From positions 28,458,001-28,522,000 of the forward strand of contig NC_083229.1 in NCBI RefSeq assembly GCF_032191835.1: a DNA stretch of 64,000 nucleotides. Reading direction: 5' to 3'. The translations under genes were made by a program, and so were the position numbers. Under the pieces are notes generated by a model, which searched no databases, had not been told where the DNA came from, and saw only the letters and a program-made list of their open reading frames with translations. Below, one piece after another: positions 26,082 through 38,433 of this stretch (its first letter is position 1; each line of letters starts with the position of its first letter). The DNA is from Heteronotia binoei. Taxonomy: Eukaryota.

Positions 26082-26839
26082 ATTAAGGGGCACGCTGTGT
26101 TTTGAGCATCAAGTATTCATTTAACCACCAAGCCTCCTGATAAACCTGTCCTCTGTGATTTGTTCTATTTCATAAATTTGTCTCTGATCAGATCTTTTCT
26201 ATCTGGTGATGGCTAAACCTCTGAAATCTGACAAAGTTGAGTTCTCGCTAGCAAATACCAGGGAAATGTTGTTGTGTGTCTTACCATGTTTGTCTTTGCG
26301 TGTTCTTAAGATTGTTGCTTCTTTTGCCCTTCTTCTCTGCAGCCCGGTCAAGGTGCAGAGCTTGGATTTAAGATGGAGTTACTTCTAAGTGACGTAAAGC
26401 TCATGCATCTAAGCTGCTTATTCTGCTTAGCAAGTACAGAGCAACTTGATAGATTTCTCAATATAATTATGTCCTAGCAATTTCCAAGAAAAGTAGCTTG
26501 CAGCATTCGGTGAAATTGGCAAATTCACATGATGGGTATCTGGGCACCAGCGTCAAATTATTTAGAGCAGTTGCCACAGCTAAAGGATCGTCTCTTTCTA
26601 TATGTTCCTATGCGCTACCTGTGGTCTTCAGCTGTTCCTCAGCTTCGGGCGGCCCACTGGGCATCAACCAGTGCCAGTGCTTATTTCCAGCATAGCTCCC
26701 CCCCCCCCCCGGGGAATAGGCTTTCTAAAGAGATGCAAGTCAGCATCTTTAGAGGTGTTAGGAGGAGGCACCCCAATGCTATTCTGTTTTCCAGGACTTT
26801 TAATGGGGGAGTAAGCTGCAGGCAGCAGCCTGAGTAGCC

Positions 26840-27010
26840 CAGATTAGCTTGAGCTCATCAGAGCATAGAAGCTAGGTAGGGTTGGCCATGGTTAGTACTT
26901 GGATGGGAGAGCTCATAGGAGGAGCAGGACTGTTATGCAGAGGAAGGCTGTGGCAATACAAATAATCTCTTGCCTTGAAAAGCCCACGAGGGGTCATTAC
27001 AAATTGGTTA
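26840..27010 (+). mobile_element. 5S rRNA-headed SINE, copy 1 of a tandem pair
   Basis: gagctcatcagagcatagaagctagg...tggttagtacttggatgggag matches the 5S internal control region. Confidence 0.75.
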
Positions 27011-27099
27011 CTTGGTGGCAAAAAAGGAGGGGGGGGGCTGCAGGGTGGACATTATTTGGTACTTCCATCGCCTATTTTAATTTTAATTTGTAAGCTGCT

Positions 27100-27257
27100 T
27101 TGGATCCCAGAAGCAAAGCAGAGTCAGTACTTGGATGGGAGACCAACAAAGGAAGATTCTGCAGAGGAAGGCAATCAAAAACCACCACTGCTTCTCACTT
27201 GCCTTGAAAAAACCTTGCTGGGGTTGCCATAAGTCAGCTGCTACTGGGCAGCACTTT
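27100..27257 (+). mobile_element. 5S rRNA-headed SINE, copy 2 of a tandem pair
   Basis: cagtacttggatgggagaccaac...gcagaggaaggcaat...cttgccttgaaaa...ttgccataagtcagctg. Confidence 0.8.
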
Positions 27258-28124
27258 AAATGCATGCAAGCTGCAACCCTGCATGCAAGCTTGCAACCAA
27301 TACATGCATGCAAGCTGCTTTGAACCACAAGGGAAAGTGGGGTATGCATATTTAAATAAATACATTGTTTAGATATCAGATGCAAGGTGGCTGTTCCTTT
27401 GTGTGAACTGGGGCTTTATTCTGTGAAGATTGGTGATAATAGCCACTCTTGCTTTGCTACAGCTCTTGATGCATCTGCTCAGATTATCCCATTAAAAATA
27501 AAAAATGTGAAAGGTGTTTATATAATGGTGATGTAAAGAGTAATGAATAGCAAACTCCCCCTTCCCATGGACTTTTCTGAGGTATGAGTCCTGTGCTTCC
27601 ATTGCCTTCTCCACTTTACTCTGGTAAGAAGGAAGGAGACTGGTAGGAAGAGCTGGTGGTAGTATAGGCCTCAGGCTCAAGTGCCAAACACTTATGAACT
27701 GGCCCTTGTGTTCATGGGAAATCTAGTTCCCAATTCAGAACAAATTGGTGGATGTGGGGTTTGATTTCACTGTACTGTAGACCTTTTGAACTGGACCAGA
27801 ACTTTGGTGGAGCCTGGTCCATTTTGGAAGGGCTGAGGTGGAAATCGAGGAAGGGCTATGCTTTTCTGTTCCATTCTTAGATTTGGCACACTCTAGTGAA
27901 GACAACAGACAGAGAAAACTCATCTCATAATGCTAGAACACTTAGTCAAACAATACAAGTAATAGGCAGGAAGTCTGATACAGGAAAAAGGCATTTCAAG
28001 GCATAGTTACGGTGTGAAATTCACTGTCACAATATATGGTAATTAAGGACATTCATGGAAGATAAATCTACCAGTGGCTGTTATCTATGAGGTAAATATA
28101 ACTTGACTTTTCTGAGGCAGAATT

Positions 28125-28322
28125 GGAGGAGTGGTTAAGTATCTGCTTTGCATGAAGAAGGTTTGGGGATCAACTGCTGGCATCTCCAGATCAAAGGATC
28201 AGGTAGCAGGTGATGTGAAACACTTCTGCCTGAGACCCTGGAGAACTGCTTTCAGTCAGAGTGCACAGTGCTGACCTCAATAGACTAATGGTCTGACCAA
28301 ATATAAGGTAGCTTGATGTGTT
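28125..28322 (+). mobile_element. tRNA-headed SINE with CR1-like tail, diverged
   Basis: Colinear with the reverse complement of 20676-20889. Confidence 0.7.
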
Positions 28323-28367
28323 TGTTTGTTCAGTAACCAAATACCAGATTCTGGGAACAAACATTTA

Positions 28368-28565
28368 TTTACTTCATTTATATCCCCCTGCCTTTCTCCC
28401 AAGTGCAGAGTGACTTACATCTTTTCTCCACTGTATGTTCTCAATAACCCTGTGAGGTAGGTTAGGCAAAAAGTGAGACTGCCCCCAAGGTCACTTAGCA
28501 GGTTTTGTGGATTCAGAACTTGGTCTTCCAGATACCTTCTAAGTGCCATGCCATACTGGCTTTCA
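28368..28565 (-). mobile_element. Old MIR/Squam3-like SINE
   Basis: CORE-like caataaccctgtgaggtaggttagg...cccaaggtcac. Confidence 0.65.
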
Positions 28566-28904
28566 GGGAACACCAGGAAAGTCTTCTGCCTTGTTCATAA
28601 GAATTCCAAATACATCTGACTGACCACTGTTGGAAATGGGATGCTGAACTAGAGGGACCTTTGGTCTAAGATCTTGGTAGTGACTGGAGTAATGTTTGAA
28701 TGTAAATGTTTTAAGAAATTGGGAGCTCAAATTGATGGCTTTTTAATGACCGAATCCACAGGTACCATGAACCCTTGCAGCTGTCTGGATGTGTAGAGAC
28801 ATTGGTGTATGGAGGATGTCCTACCTGCTGACAGAGGGAGATGAGACAAAAGGCAGACAAACTAGGATGGTCCAGTGGTAGAGTAGCTGTTTTTTCGGTG
28901 TGCC

Positions 28905-29240
28905 AATTTCCTGCTTACAGTGGGAATCCTCCACCCTCAGTGATTTGAAGAGCAGGAAGAAATGGAGGGCAAGTGTTGATGCTGATTCCCTGGGAACTTC
29001 TCTAATTTCCAGTAAATACCAGAGATTGGAGGGATGATCATCATCTGAAGACGATGTCACATCCTTCAATATTCCACCAGGAAGTAATGCCACAACCTCC
29101 ACAATGCTCTGTGTCCCCAAAACTCTATGGTCTATACATAGATATTAGAGAAATCCCTATAGTATCACAGATGTGACATCATGTCTCCTGAAACTCCACC
29201 CTCCCCAGGCACCATTTCAAAAATCTCCTGACATATTCCA
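28905..29240. mobile_element. Diverged DNA-transposon-like repeat related to the GGTTGCCA families
   Basis: tgatgtcac-like repeats, ccccaaaactctatgg and ctccaccctccccagg...aaatctcc motifs. Confidence 0.35.
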
Positions 29241-29242
29241 GC

Positions 29243-29421
29243 ACAGTGTCTGCAGCCTGATCTGCTTTTTGTACAGAAGGTCTCAGGGTTAATTCCTGGT
29301 TCCTCCAGTTTAAAAAGATTAGACAGCAAATAAAAGACCTCAACCTGAGACACTGCCAGTCAGAGCAGACAATACTGATTTCTGTAGCCTGATTCTGCAT
29401 AGGGTAACTTCATATGTGTAC
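29243..29421 (+). mobile_element. tRNA-headed SINE with CR1-like tail, diverged
   Basis: atctgctttttgtacagaaggtctcaggg...ctgccagtcagagcagacaatactga. Confidence 0.65.
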
Positions 29422-31002
29422 ACGCATGGTGTTTTGTCACATATGCTTGGTGGACTAACTACAGCTTGTAGGTTTAACTATTGCTTTAGACAAACACTGG
29501 TTTACTGTGACCTCTGAAATGCTGTGGTGTGTCATGAGGCATTGTTCCCTAGCCCCTCTTTCCTTTTCATTTTTTCACTGCAGGTGCCTGTGTGTTGCCT
29601 AGTCATTTAGTTTCATTGTTATGTTTCCCCCCCCTCTCTCTTTGGGGAAAACTAAAAACAGCTTTTCTTGGGTTAAGTTAGCTGAGTAAGACGAAGGTTG
29701 GTAACTCCTCCTGTAGCTTCACTGGTTTTTGAGGGTTGGGGCTTCCTGGATATCAGTGTGTTTTAACTGCTCTCTAATGGTTTTTCTTTCACTGTGGTGT
29801 GGCTGTCGGTTAATGTGTACTCTCTGCACATTTGTAAGATGATAGAAGCCCTTTTTCTGCTTAGTACCCTGTAAAGCATGTGTACCGCGTAATGTGTCCC
29901 TATTTTATAAATACATTTAGCCTGCCTGTACAGCTATCATTTCCCACAAATATGCAAGGAGACATACTTTTGGTTAATAAAGTGAGGGGAAAGAGAACCA
30001 TGGAAGTGAAACTCTGTAATGCTGCTAGCCCTGGAAAAAGGTCTGCTATATATCTTTCCCTCCTGTTAAGCTACCATCCCTGAGCGACGATTGTTTAAAG
30101 TTGTAATCTGAAGGAGAAAAGAAAGGGATTGAATGTTTAGGCTAAATAAGGAACACATTTGATAGAAATAGTGGGCACTGTGGAAGAGGCTGGTAGTTGC
30201 CATCTGGTCTGTGTTTGCTAATGAAACATCAGTTTTCCTGGATGCTAAATATGTTCGGTGCCCTTTTTATGGGAGGACTGAATAACTGAACAAATGCATG
30301 TTGCTTTAGATTGTGTGCTTCTTAAATGCAGGGCCCCATCTTAATTTTTAAATTTTTTTCTTTGGGGGGGGGGGAGAAATTTGTTCCTTTAAAAAATTAA
30401 AAATAATACACCTAAAGTATCATAGAGAATTTTCAGACTGTTATAAAACAATGCTTAAAAGTTTCAAACACTAAAATTATAATTTAAAACAATAAGTCAG
30501 GAGCCCAACCAGTAGTTGCAAAAATGAAACCTATCTCAGCTTGGCAACAGTTGACAAATTATACAGCAGAAAAAACAGGAGGGGGGCAGGGGGGGGGCTA
30601 CCAGCAAAGCAAACCGACAGCATTAAAATGAAAAATACAAATCTGGATAGTAGCATTTTAAAATGAAACAAAAAAGTGATATCAAGAGGTTATTCAGTCG
30701 TCTCATGCCTATGCCACCACACTGACCTCTGATACCATGCTGTCTAAACATCTGTTATGAGCAAATCACATGTGTGTTACATACACCAACATTCGTTCCC
30801 AGACTCATGTAGCTGAGACTGATGTGGGAAATACTACTGAGATTCTCTCATCCTATGAAGCTCAGGCCTATCAATATTACAGTCAAAATATCACATAGCA
30901 AAGCTGCCCTCATGGGTGTAAAGTTAACATTTGAACTGGGCTTTAGATGTGGGCAGTGGTGAACAGAAATGCAGTATGTCTGAGCATCTTGCCTCAATTA
31001 TG

Positions 31003-31184
31003 TGAGGCCGTGGCTCATTGGCAAAGCATCTGCTTTCCATAAAAAAGGTCCCAGGTTCAGTCTCCGGTATCTGTAGACAAAACGGATCAAGTAGTACGTA
31101 AAGACCTCTGCCTGAAATTCTGGAGATCCTCTGCCAGTCAAAGTACATAATACTGACCTTGATAGACCAATGGTCCAACTCAGT
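31003..31184 (+). mobile_element. tRNA-headed SINE, interrupted at its 3' end by a hAT element
   Basis: ggccgtggctcattggcaaagcatctgc...ggtcccaggttcagtc head; the body matches the other copies. Confidence 0.75.
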
Positions 31185-31542
31185 CCCCAACCTTTTGGAG
31201 CCTGTGGGCATCTTTGGAATTCTGAAACAGCATGGCGAGTGTAGCCATAAAATGGCCACTGTGGGAGGCAAAACCATGCACATACAGAGGAAACCCAGGT
31301 GCAGGGGGAAAGAGGCATAATTTTAAAAATACACTGAGAAATAGGCATTAGATAGAAAATAAAATCAACACTGTAGTGGTAGCTGCCACTGGAACAATGT
31401 TATTTTCCTCTGAAACAGTGTTTGTTTCTTCTGTATAGCCAATCAGAAGCCCCACCGACTCCTACTCACTTTATAAATACACTTTGTAGGCACCAGGAAA
31501 AGTGTTATCAGGCATCATGGCACACATGGTAGGTGACCCCTG
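31181..31542. mobile_element. hAT-Charlie-like MITE (reverse orientation of the 42986 family)
   Basis: The ends cagtccccaaccttttggagcc and caggcatcatggcac...gtgacccctg match the reverse complement of 42986-43345. Confidence 0.7.
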
Positions 31543-33339
31543 GCATAGGCAAAAGCAGCTGAAAACTATTGCAGATTACTCTCCTCCCCTATTAAATCTG
31601 AAACATAACTTAATGACAGGAACTCAATCAGGATAAGTATGAATACCTCCACAACAAAATCTGTGTGGATTTGTTCCCATTATGGATATTGTTATGTGTA
31701 GGGTAATCAAACATCCTTATGGTTCAAACTTCCTTATGGTCTTTTGGGGTTGTTTGTGGTAATAGGAAATTCACAGGATAGAAAATATTCAAGCTTTGCA
31801 TTGAATAAACACTTTGGGTAAACAGATACCAAGTTGTGTGTGTCAAGAGTATTTTATCTTAAAGCCTGCAGTTGCTAAGGGGCTAAATCTCCCGTTTTGT
31901 AAAAGAGAGAGAGCTCATGGAATGCTTTGCTGTGAAACTCTGAACTTGATTTCTACCCCCATGGTATCATTTTTCTCCTAGTTGCCTTCACTCACTTGCT
32001 TCCTTGTTATCAGCAGTGATCTGAGTGAATAAGGATATATAAATGGATATGTTTGAGGGGTTTTTTTCCTTGGAAGAGGAGAACAGTGTAGAAAGTGTGA
32101 ATGGAAAGGAAGTTATGAGCTAGCTATAAGAAGGTCAAAAAAGGAACTAGGTCAGAAGAAGCTGGAGGGAGAAAGGGAAGGAGGAATAAAAAACACCAAT
32201 GTTTAATTGCAAAAAAAAAAAGAGACATATCCAGTGTTTGTTTTGCCCATAAATGTTGAGGTTCTGCTAGTGATACTCATCAAGTTTAGGTCAGTGCCTT
32301 TCTTCTTGCTCCATTCTTTATAGATGACTGTGAGAGAGGTAGCTGACTAAAAGGGTGGCCTTCTGGACTATGTTACTTCAGATGGCGGGAGTATTTGGGG
32401 GCAGTCCTTTCTTTGCAGAAATCTGTTTGCCATGGATGTTGGACTGGGGAGGGGAAAACACCAAGTGGCAGTCTGGCAGCAGAGGTTACAGACAGACAAG
32501 GACAGCTCCTCCAGCGTGTTGGTTCCAAAGAGAGAACAATAGGTTGTTCATGAGAAATGGCCTACTTGTGAATAAGGACCTACTCAGGAGGCAAGAAGTA
32601 GGGGTGTCTGGAAAGACTGAAGAGAAAGGTGTTCTGTGGCTGCTTTGTACAGAAAGAAGAATCGGGAGTCAGTGATGGGAAGACCCATGGTGTGAGTAAC
32701 TCCCTTTCCTTCTAGCTGAGGTCAGTGGGACCCAAGGCTTACCCTCCTAGGGAGTTAGATTTTTGAATGTTACATTTATACAGGTTCCCCAGTTGTAGGA
32801 AGTTAACACAGCAGCGGGAGAGCTATGCTAAATGTTTCTCATTTTCTGTATGCAAGGGTTTTTCAAAAAATACTGTCTCTAGGGTTACCATTTTAAAATG
32901 GGTCCCTCTATCAGTCTTTTAAATATCAGTTGGGATGGTAATGCCGAGTGATGTTATTTACCTCTGTGGCATGAAAGTTTCAGCAACACTTTCCATACTT
33001 GAAGCTGCTTAATGGGACAAGACAGCATTTTCTCCTGGCTGGTTGGCAACTCTAATCTTCTTTCTGCTGTAGTATGAAATTGTGCAGCTCAAGATGTTTG
33101 CTTGCAGACCATTTCATTTAGTCTGTGAAAAGGTTCTTTTCTGTTCTAGCCTTTTAATGATCTTTATTACCTGGTCAGGATTCTCCCCCCTCCCTTAATT
33201 TCTAGCTTTGTCCCCTAATAACTGCAGTGTTCTTCAGTAACCAATTTTAAATATTCCATTGAAAAGCAATGAACAGGAAAGGAGAAGGAAACAATCCAAT
33301 GAAAGCTTTCAGAGAGAAACAAAGGCCTTTGATGTTTGT

Positions 33340-33421
33340 ACTGTAAAGGAGAGAAAGGCGGGGTATAAATGAAGTTATTATTATTATTAACATTAATAAT
33401 TATTATAATAATAATAATAAA
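33340..33421 (+). repeat. LINE/SINE 3' tail with expanded (TAA/TTA)n
   Basis: gaaaggcggggtataaat followed by (tta)n/(taa)n. Confidence 0.6.
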
Positions 33422-35514
33422 CACCACATTGTCTCTCATTTGAAACCAGTCCTAATTTCCATAGGGGCTTTTCACACAGCACATCCACTGTGACATTGAT
33501 TAGCGTCTTTCACATTATGACATTTTAATGAACTGATGTTTGCAAATGAATAGTGGCTGGTATATGGAGCTCTGTGAGAGCTGGCAAATCTAGGGCTAGT
33601 CCTAGTTGGTTCCTGCTACAGAGGTTGGGGATGGCTTTCAGTCTTTGTTGTTAGCGTCCTAATAACAGCTGTTTCTCAATCCCAAAACACTTCCAGACTA
33701 ATATGAACTTCAGAGCTGTTCAGATGTATGCAGAAGGTATCTGCCCTTTGGTGTGTGTGGGGTTCTGTTTTGTTGATCTGTGGAGAGATTGTGTGTCACT
33801 GTGCCCTACACAGAACCTCTTTTGTGCTTCTTTCTTTTCTGACCAATTTGATCATAAAAAAGGGGGCATGTGCCTTTTCAGTACAGTTAACAGTTATCTC
33901 TTATAAAAGTCTACATGAGAGTAAGTAATTGACTGCACTTGGCGCTGGTACAATGTGGGGGGAAGGCTCTTTGATCAGCAAATGCTTTTGTACAGCACAG
34001 CTAAAAGGAAGTTATGGGATGAAATGGGGACATGTTAGAGTTAATCCTTGCAGTTCTCCTGCTTTCTCTTTCTCTGTGTGTCTTTCTCTCCCCCCATCCT
34101 ATTTACATTGCTTAGCAAGCCTTTTGAAACTTTACAGAAGCTTGGGAGGAGAGGGAAACATCATGTTGGTATGTGTGTTTGGGAGACGCGGCAAAGAACT
34201 TTTGCTTGGTTTGGGCTTAAGAGAAACCGAAGGGCTCGCCGTACATCCATCTGGTGTCCTTTTGTTCACTGTTTGCTTTTAAATCCATCTCCTGAATTAA
34301 CATAAACTTTTTGTGTGTGTGATAGTTTCATTATTATTATTTTTTTTTTTGCTACTGGCCAAAGTAATAAGGAAAATGTTCCTGTTTAGGGATAACTCCT
34401 TCCCTTCAAGCACAGTGAATCATTTCTCCTGTAACTAATTTGTGGGAACTGTGCCTTTACTGAGGGAAAACAGGTCTCTTCCTCTGCTCTCTCCCCCCCC
34501 CCCCACACACACACTCTTTCCCTAGTCATTTGGTTCAGAGGCTGAAACGATTTCTCTTCTTGTGATCTGCCTACAGATGAGTCTTGTTTGTATTCTCATG
34601 AACCTTTAAGCCTGATGAAGCTCTGATAGGAGCTCCTCGGCAGTCACTGCTACAGGAAGTATTGAACAAAACTGTTTCTGCCTTCTTTTTCTCTTTGTCC
34701 AGTCCTCAGAATGGGTTGCGTTCCTGGGGAGAATCTGTTTCTGTCAGGGCCGCATAATTTTAAACTTAGTCTTTTGGTTCTGAGCACTCAGAAGTGAATT
34801 CTATTGAAATCGGTTGGACTTGTTTACAATTATGTCTGTTTAGGATTGGGGTCTAAGCTTTCCAGGGCACGGAAGACGGTATTTGTTGAAGAAAAGTTAG
34901 TTGATCTGCCACTCAAGTTCCCACGAAGGTACTTTGTAGTCCCCTTTTGGCACATAGCTAAATTCCTTCCTTCCTTCCTTTTCTTTTTTTTTTTTCAGCA
35001 TACACTTTCCCTCCAAAGAGAAATATCTGGAAGAATAATTATTTAAGCACCAACAAAACCAGGCTGATGTAATGAGTTTCAAATGTATCACTTTGTCATA
35101 ATCTGGATAATTCTTGAGGACTTTGTATTTCATGAGGTAGTCAGTAGGGAACTATGCTCCTTCCTTTTGACTGATTTTAACTGTGAGGTGGAGAAAAAAT
35201 AACTATCAAAATTGGGAGGTGAGCCACGTAGCTTCTTTGTTGGGTGTAGTAGATATCATATAATTGTAGTAGGGAAACAACAATGTCTGATGAACTGAAG
35301 CATTAAAGTTGGTTCTGGTATCTTCTTGCTTCTAAGTGGGGAGCTTTAACATGAGAACTGAAAGGGAGTTCTTCTGAGAATAATATTTCAAAATGTATCT
35401 AACTCTTCAAGAAATCTCCTACTGATGCTAATACTAGGCTGTACTGTAATCCTTTCGCTGGTGCAATGTGGGAAGTTTAATGTTGGATCTGCTTTAAGTA
35501 GCATCCCCACCTCC

Positions 35515-35970
35515 CACTGGATCAGATCAAATAGATCTATGCCAGTAGCCTGTTTCCCACAGTGGCTGACCAGATGTTTTGGAAGGTGAACGGCAGAGGT
35601 ACAGAGGACAACCCCCCTCCATTTAATGGCATTTAGTCTCTAAACATGGAGGCATGATTCAACTACCATGTGTAATAATGGAACACAGCCAATAACAGAC
35701 CTTTTCCCTATGAATGTGTCTGATTCCCTGCATCCTGTGACTGGAGTTCCACAAGTTAATCGTTTTGCATGAAGAGGTCATTTCCTTTGTCTCTCCTGAA
35801 TCTGCTTCCCATCACTTTAATTGGCTGCTCTCAAGTTCTAGTATTAGGGAAGAAAGTGAACATCTTCTCCTAGGCTGTTATAATTTTATAAATTTATTTT
35901 TATATAAACATCTTAGCTGTTGTCTTTCTAAACTGAAAAACCTTAAACTGCTTAACCTTTCCTAATAGGT
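35515..35970 (-). mobile_element. Old CR1 LINE 3' fragment
   Basis: gagttccacaagttaat...tttcctttgtct...gttctagtatt...ctttctaaactgaaaa...aacctttcc are motifs of reverse CR1 ORF2 end. Confidence 0.7.
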
Positions 35971-36000
35971 GTAGGGGTGTGTTTGTGTAGGTGTGTGTTT

Positions 36001-36032
36001 AGCTTACACAAACTCAGTTTAGAGGGAACACT
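36001..36032. mobile_element. Solitary terminus of the CAATGTTCCCTCTAA MITE family
   Basis: agcttacacaaactcagtttagagggaacactg resembles the right end of 24278-24469. Confidence 0.55.
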
Positions 36033-37089
36033 GGTTAGATCCAAATTATACCAGCAGTGCTTACAGTGTGGGGCTTTGCCCATTCATTCTCTTGGGGCAG
36101 CTTACTGAAGAACTATAAAGTGCCACTCCTGGGTATCAAAGTTGCGGTCTGCAGTGGGAATGGGAATCAGCAAAAACATATACATGTCTGTCGTTGGAAG
36201 TGTGCTTATGTTGGTGGATCAGTACCTCTAGAGACAGCCAGTATTTGATGAAGTACGGTAGGCAAACATACAGTTTCAACTGATGATGGTAGGTCTAGAA
36301 ACTTGGTGGTTGGATTCTCATATGCTCTGTTGTATCACACTTATCAAAAAATGGCAAATATGAAAATAAAGAACTGCATAACCAGGTAATACCTTGGAAA
36401 GGAAAACAGAGATGTGATTGCAGACTCCGAAATCGCAATATCGATGAACTCTTAAATGTGGAATCTAATTAGAAAAATGCCATGAGATGCCATAAGGACC
36501 TGTTGTTCTTTTTAATAGTGCATGTTGAAGGAGAGAGTTAGATATGAGTGCTGGCCGTGGAGATCAGTAATAACTTGGTTTTGCATTGCTTTGTATGAAG
36601 TGAGTTCCTGTACACTCAATGATTTTTTAAAGGAAGAGGGGCAGGAAGGAGATGCATCTGGGGTAAGGGGAATTAAAAGGAAATTATTTCGGCTTTTTCT
36701 GGAAAGGTGTTTTTTTTAAAAATATTAGATTTCTGTGTGTGCATCTGGGGTTTCATTTTCCTTCAAAAGGACCCTATTTAGGAATTAAAACACTTGGATT
36801 GGATTCCATGCTTTAATGACTTGAAGTAGATGGCTAAGTATTTAAAAATACATTTATGGTTCCATGTATTCCAGTTCAACACGTGGTCTCCCTCTCTCCC
36901 CTCCCAACTCACTGGCTGCCTTCCTTCACATTAAACCCCTCCTTGCTTTTTAAAATTTTTATTCTCATCTCTAGCAGTGAGTGAATTTTGTCCAGTCTGA
37001 AAGTTTATTTCACTTCCCCCTTTCCAGTTCTGACAGATAAAAATAATAGAAGAAACCTAACAGCGCAGCTTGCAATTTTTATTAGAGGA

Positions 37090-37715
37090 AGGGAGCAAGA
37101 ATCCAGTAGCACCTTAAAGACTAATAAAATTTGTGGCGGGGCGTGAGTTTTCATGAGTCACTGATCACTTCTTCAGATACAGCTAAAATGTGAGCTCATC
37201 AGTCTTTATATCTTGGAGAGTGAAGTGATTTCAGATGTCAAATAGCAATAGCAGCCATTGATAATGAGAGAAGAAACCTAGGTCTCAATTCAGCCCAGGA
37301 GGGTGTATTGAGCTTCATTATCAGTTGCAATTCAGCGGTCCCTTTCTAATCTTTGTCTGAAATTCCTTTGTAAGAGAACTGCTACTCTTAGGACAGCAGC
37401 AACTGAACGTCCTGGAAGGTTAAAATGTCCCTCCACTGATTTTTGAATGTTGTGGTTTCTTATAGCTGTAGAAGGAGTTAGAGTCCAGTAGCACCTTGAA
37501 GACTAACATAAATTTGTGGCAGAGTGTGAGCTTTGTAAGACACTACCCACTTCTTCAGATTTATTCTTTGCATCCTCCTGGACCAAACTGAGACCTAGGT
37601 TTTCTGTCTCATTACCAATGATGATGTCCCCACGCCTGCTACCGACCTGCATATTACACCTAATCCAATCAAGCCTATTGCTATTTGGCATCTGAAATTG
37701 TATTTATACAGTTTA
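37090..37715 (-). mobile_element. Penelope-like element remnant: GIY-YIG C-terminus, two tandem pLTR ends and an inverted piece
   Basis: The minus strand at 37260-37455 translates (with a frameshift and stop) to KSVEGHFNLPGRSVAAVLRVAVLLQRNFRQRLER..AELQLIMKLNT..GLN*DLGFFSHY. Hammerhead-like ctgaagaagtg...gaaa motifs occur at ~37140-37180 and ~37525-37560. A plus-strand copy of the ORF end lies at 37575-37710. Confidence 0.85.
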
Positions 37716-37729
37716 TATCTCTAGTATCT

Positions 37730-37822
37730 TGTGTTACATTTTATGGCACACATGGTCCAGCCCAACAAAATTACATTTATGTCAGATCCATCCCTCATAA
37801 CAAATGAGTTCAACACCTCTGG
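37730..37822. mobile_element. Terminal fragment of the CAGGGGTGTC hAT family
   Basis: ttacattttatggcacac...cataacaaatgagttcaacacctctg matches the right end of 39257-40741. Confidence 0.75.
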
Positions 37823-37829
37823 CTGAATC

Positions 37830-38163
37830 CCTACCGTTGTAGGGATCTAGGCAATATACTACATTATAAAATCAATCTGCCATATTAATACATTAATTTA
37901 AAAGATCAAGAGGTGAACTTTGCAATTGCCTCCCATTTTCGGCCTGTGAATGCCTTGTGGATATTGCGGAGAGGCATTTAGTTGATCTGAGGGGATGGAG
38001 AACAAGGGAGGGATGTTAGCCCAAATGTAAACCATTACTGCCCTCAACTGGCAGAACATCTCTGCCTTGCAGGCCCTGAGGAACTGCATAAGAAGATCTC
38101 ACAGGTCCCTGATGTCGTCTGGCAGAGAGTTCCACCAGGTTGGGGGCAGGGCTGAAAAAGCTC
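37830..38163 (-). mobile_element. L2 LINE 3' fragment
   Basis: The minus strand reads RAFSALPPTWWNSLPDDIRDL*..QFLRACKAEMFCQL, the L2 ORF2 C-terminus. Confidence 0.75.
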
Positions 38164-38433
38164 ATGAGAGTATATTACAGCTCAAGAGAGTACATTTTTT
38201 TTTTTATGGAAGTTTGCTATGAGAGGGAGACTGTCCAAGTAGAGATATCATTCCACGTTGAAAACAATATTGCCCCATTTTTGAGCTAATTTTTGGCATG
38301 CTTTTTGTGTCATTGAATATTCTCTTTAGTAATTACATGGTTTTGTGGACATGCATCTTTTTTTATGCCCATTTTGGTAGGCTTGTGGAAAATGTGATGA
38401 TAGGTTTCTTATTCTGGAATTAACACTACTTTT

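Noticed and set aside
32330-32810. Purine-rich TG...CA segment as a solo LTR
   Set aside because: No matching 4-6 bp TSD, no second copy and no clear polyA or PBS.
34611-34640. CTGATGA followed by an agctc/gagct hairpin as a hammerhead
   Set aside because: No GAAA follows the stem, there is no helix III/UH site, and the context is not Penelope.
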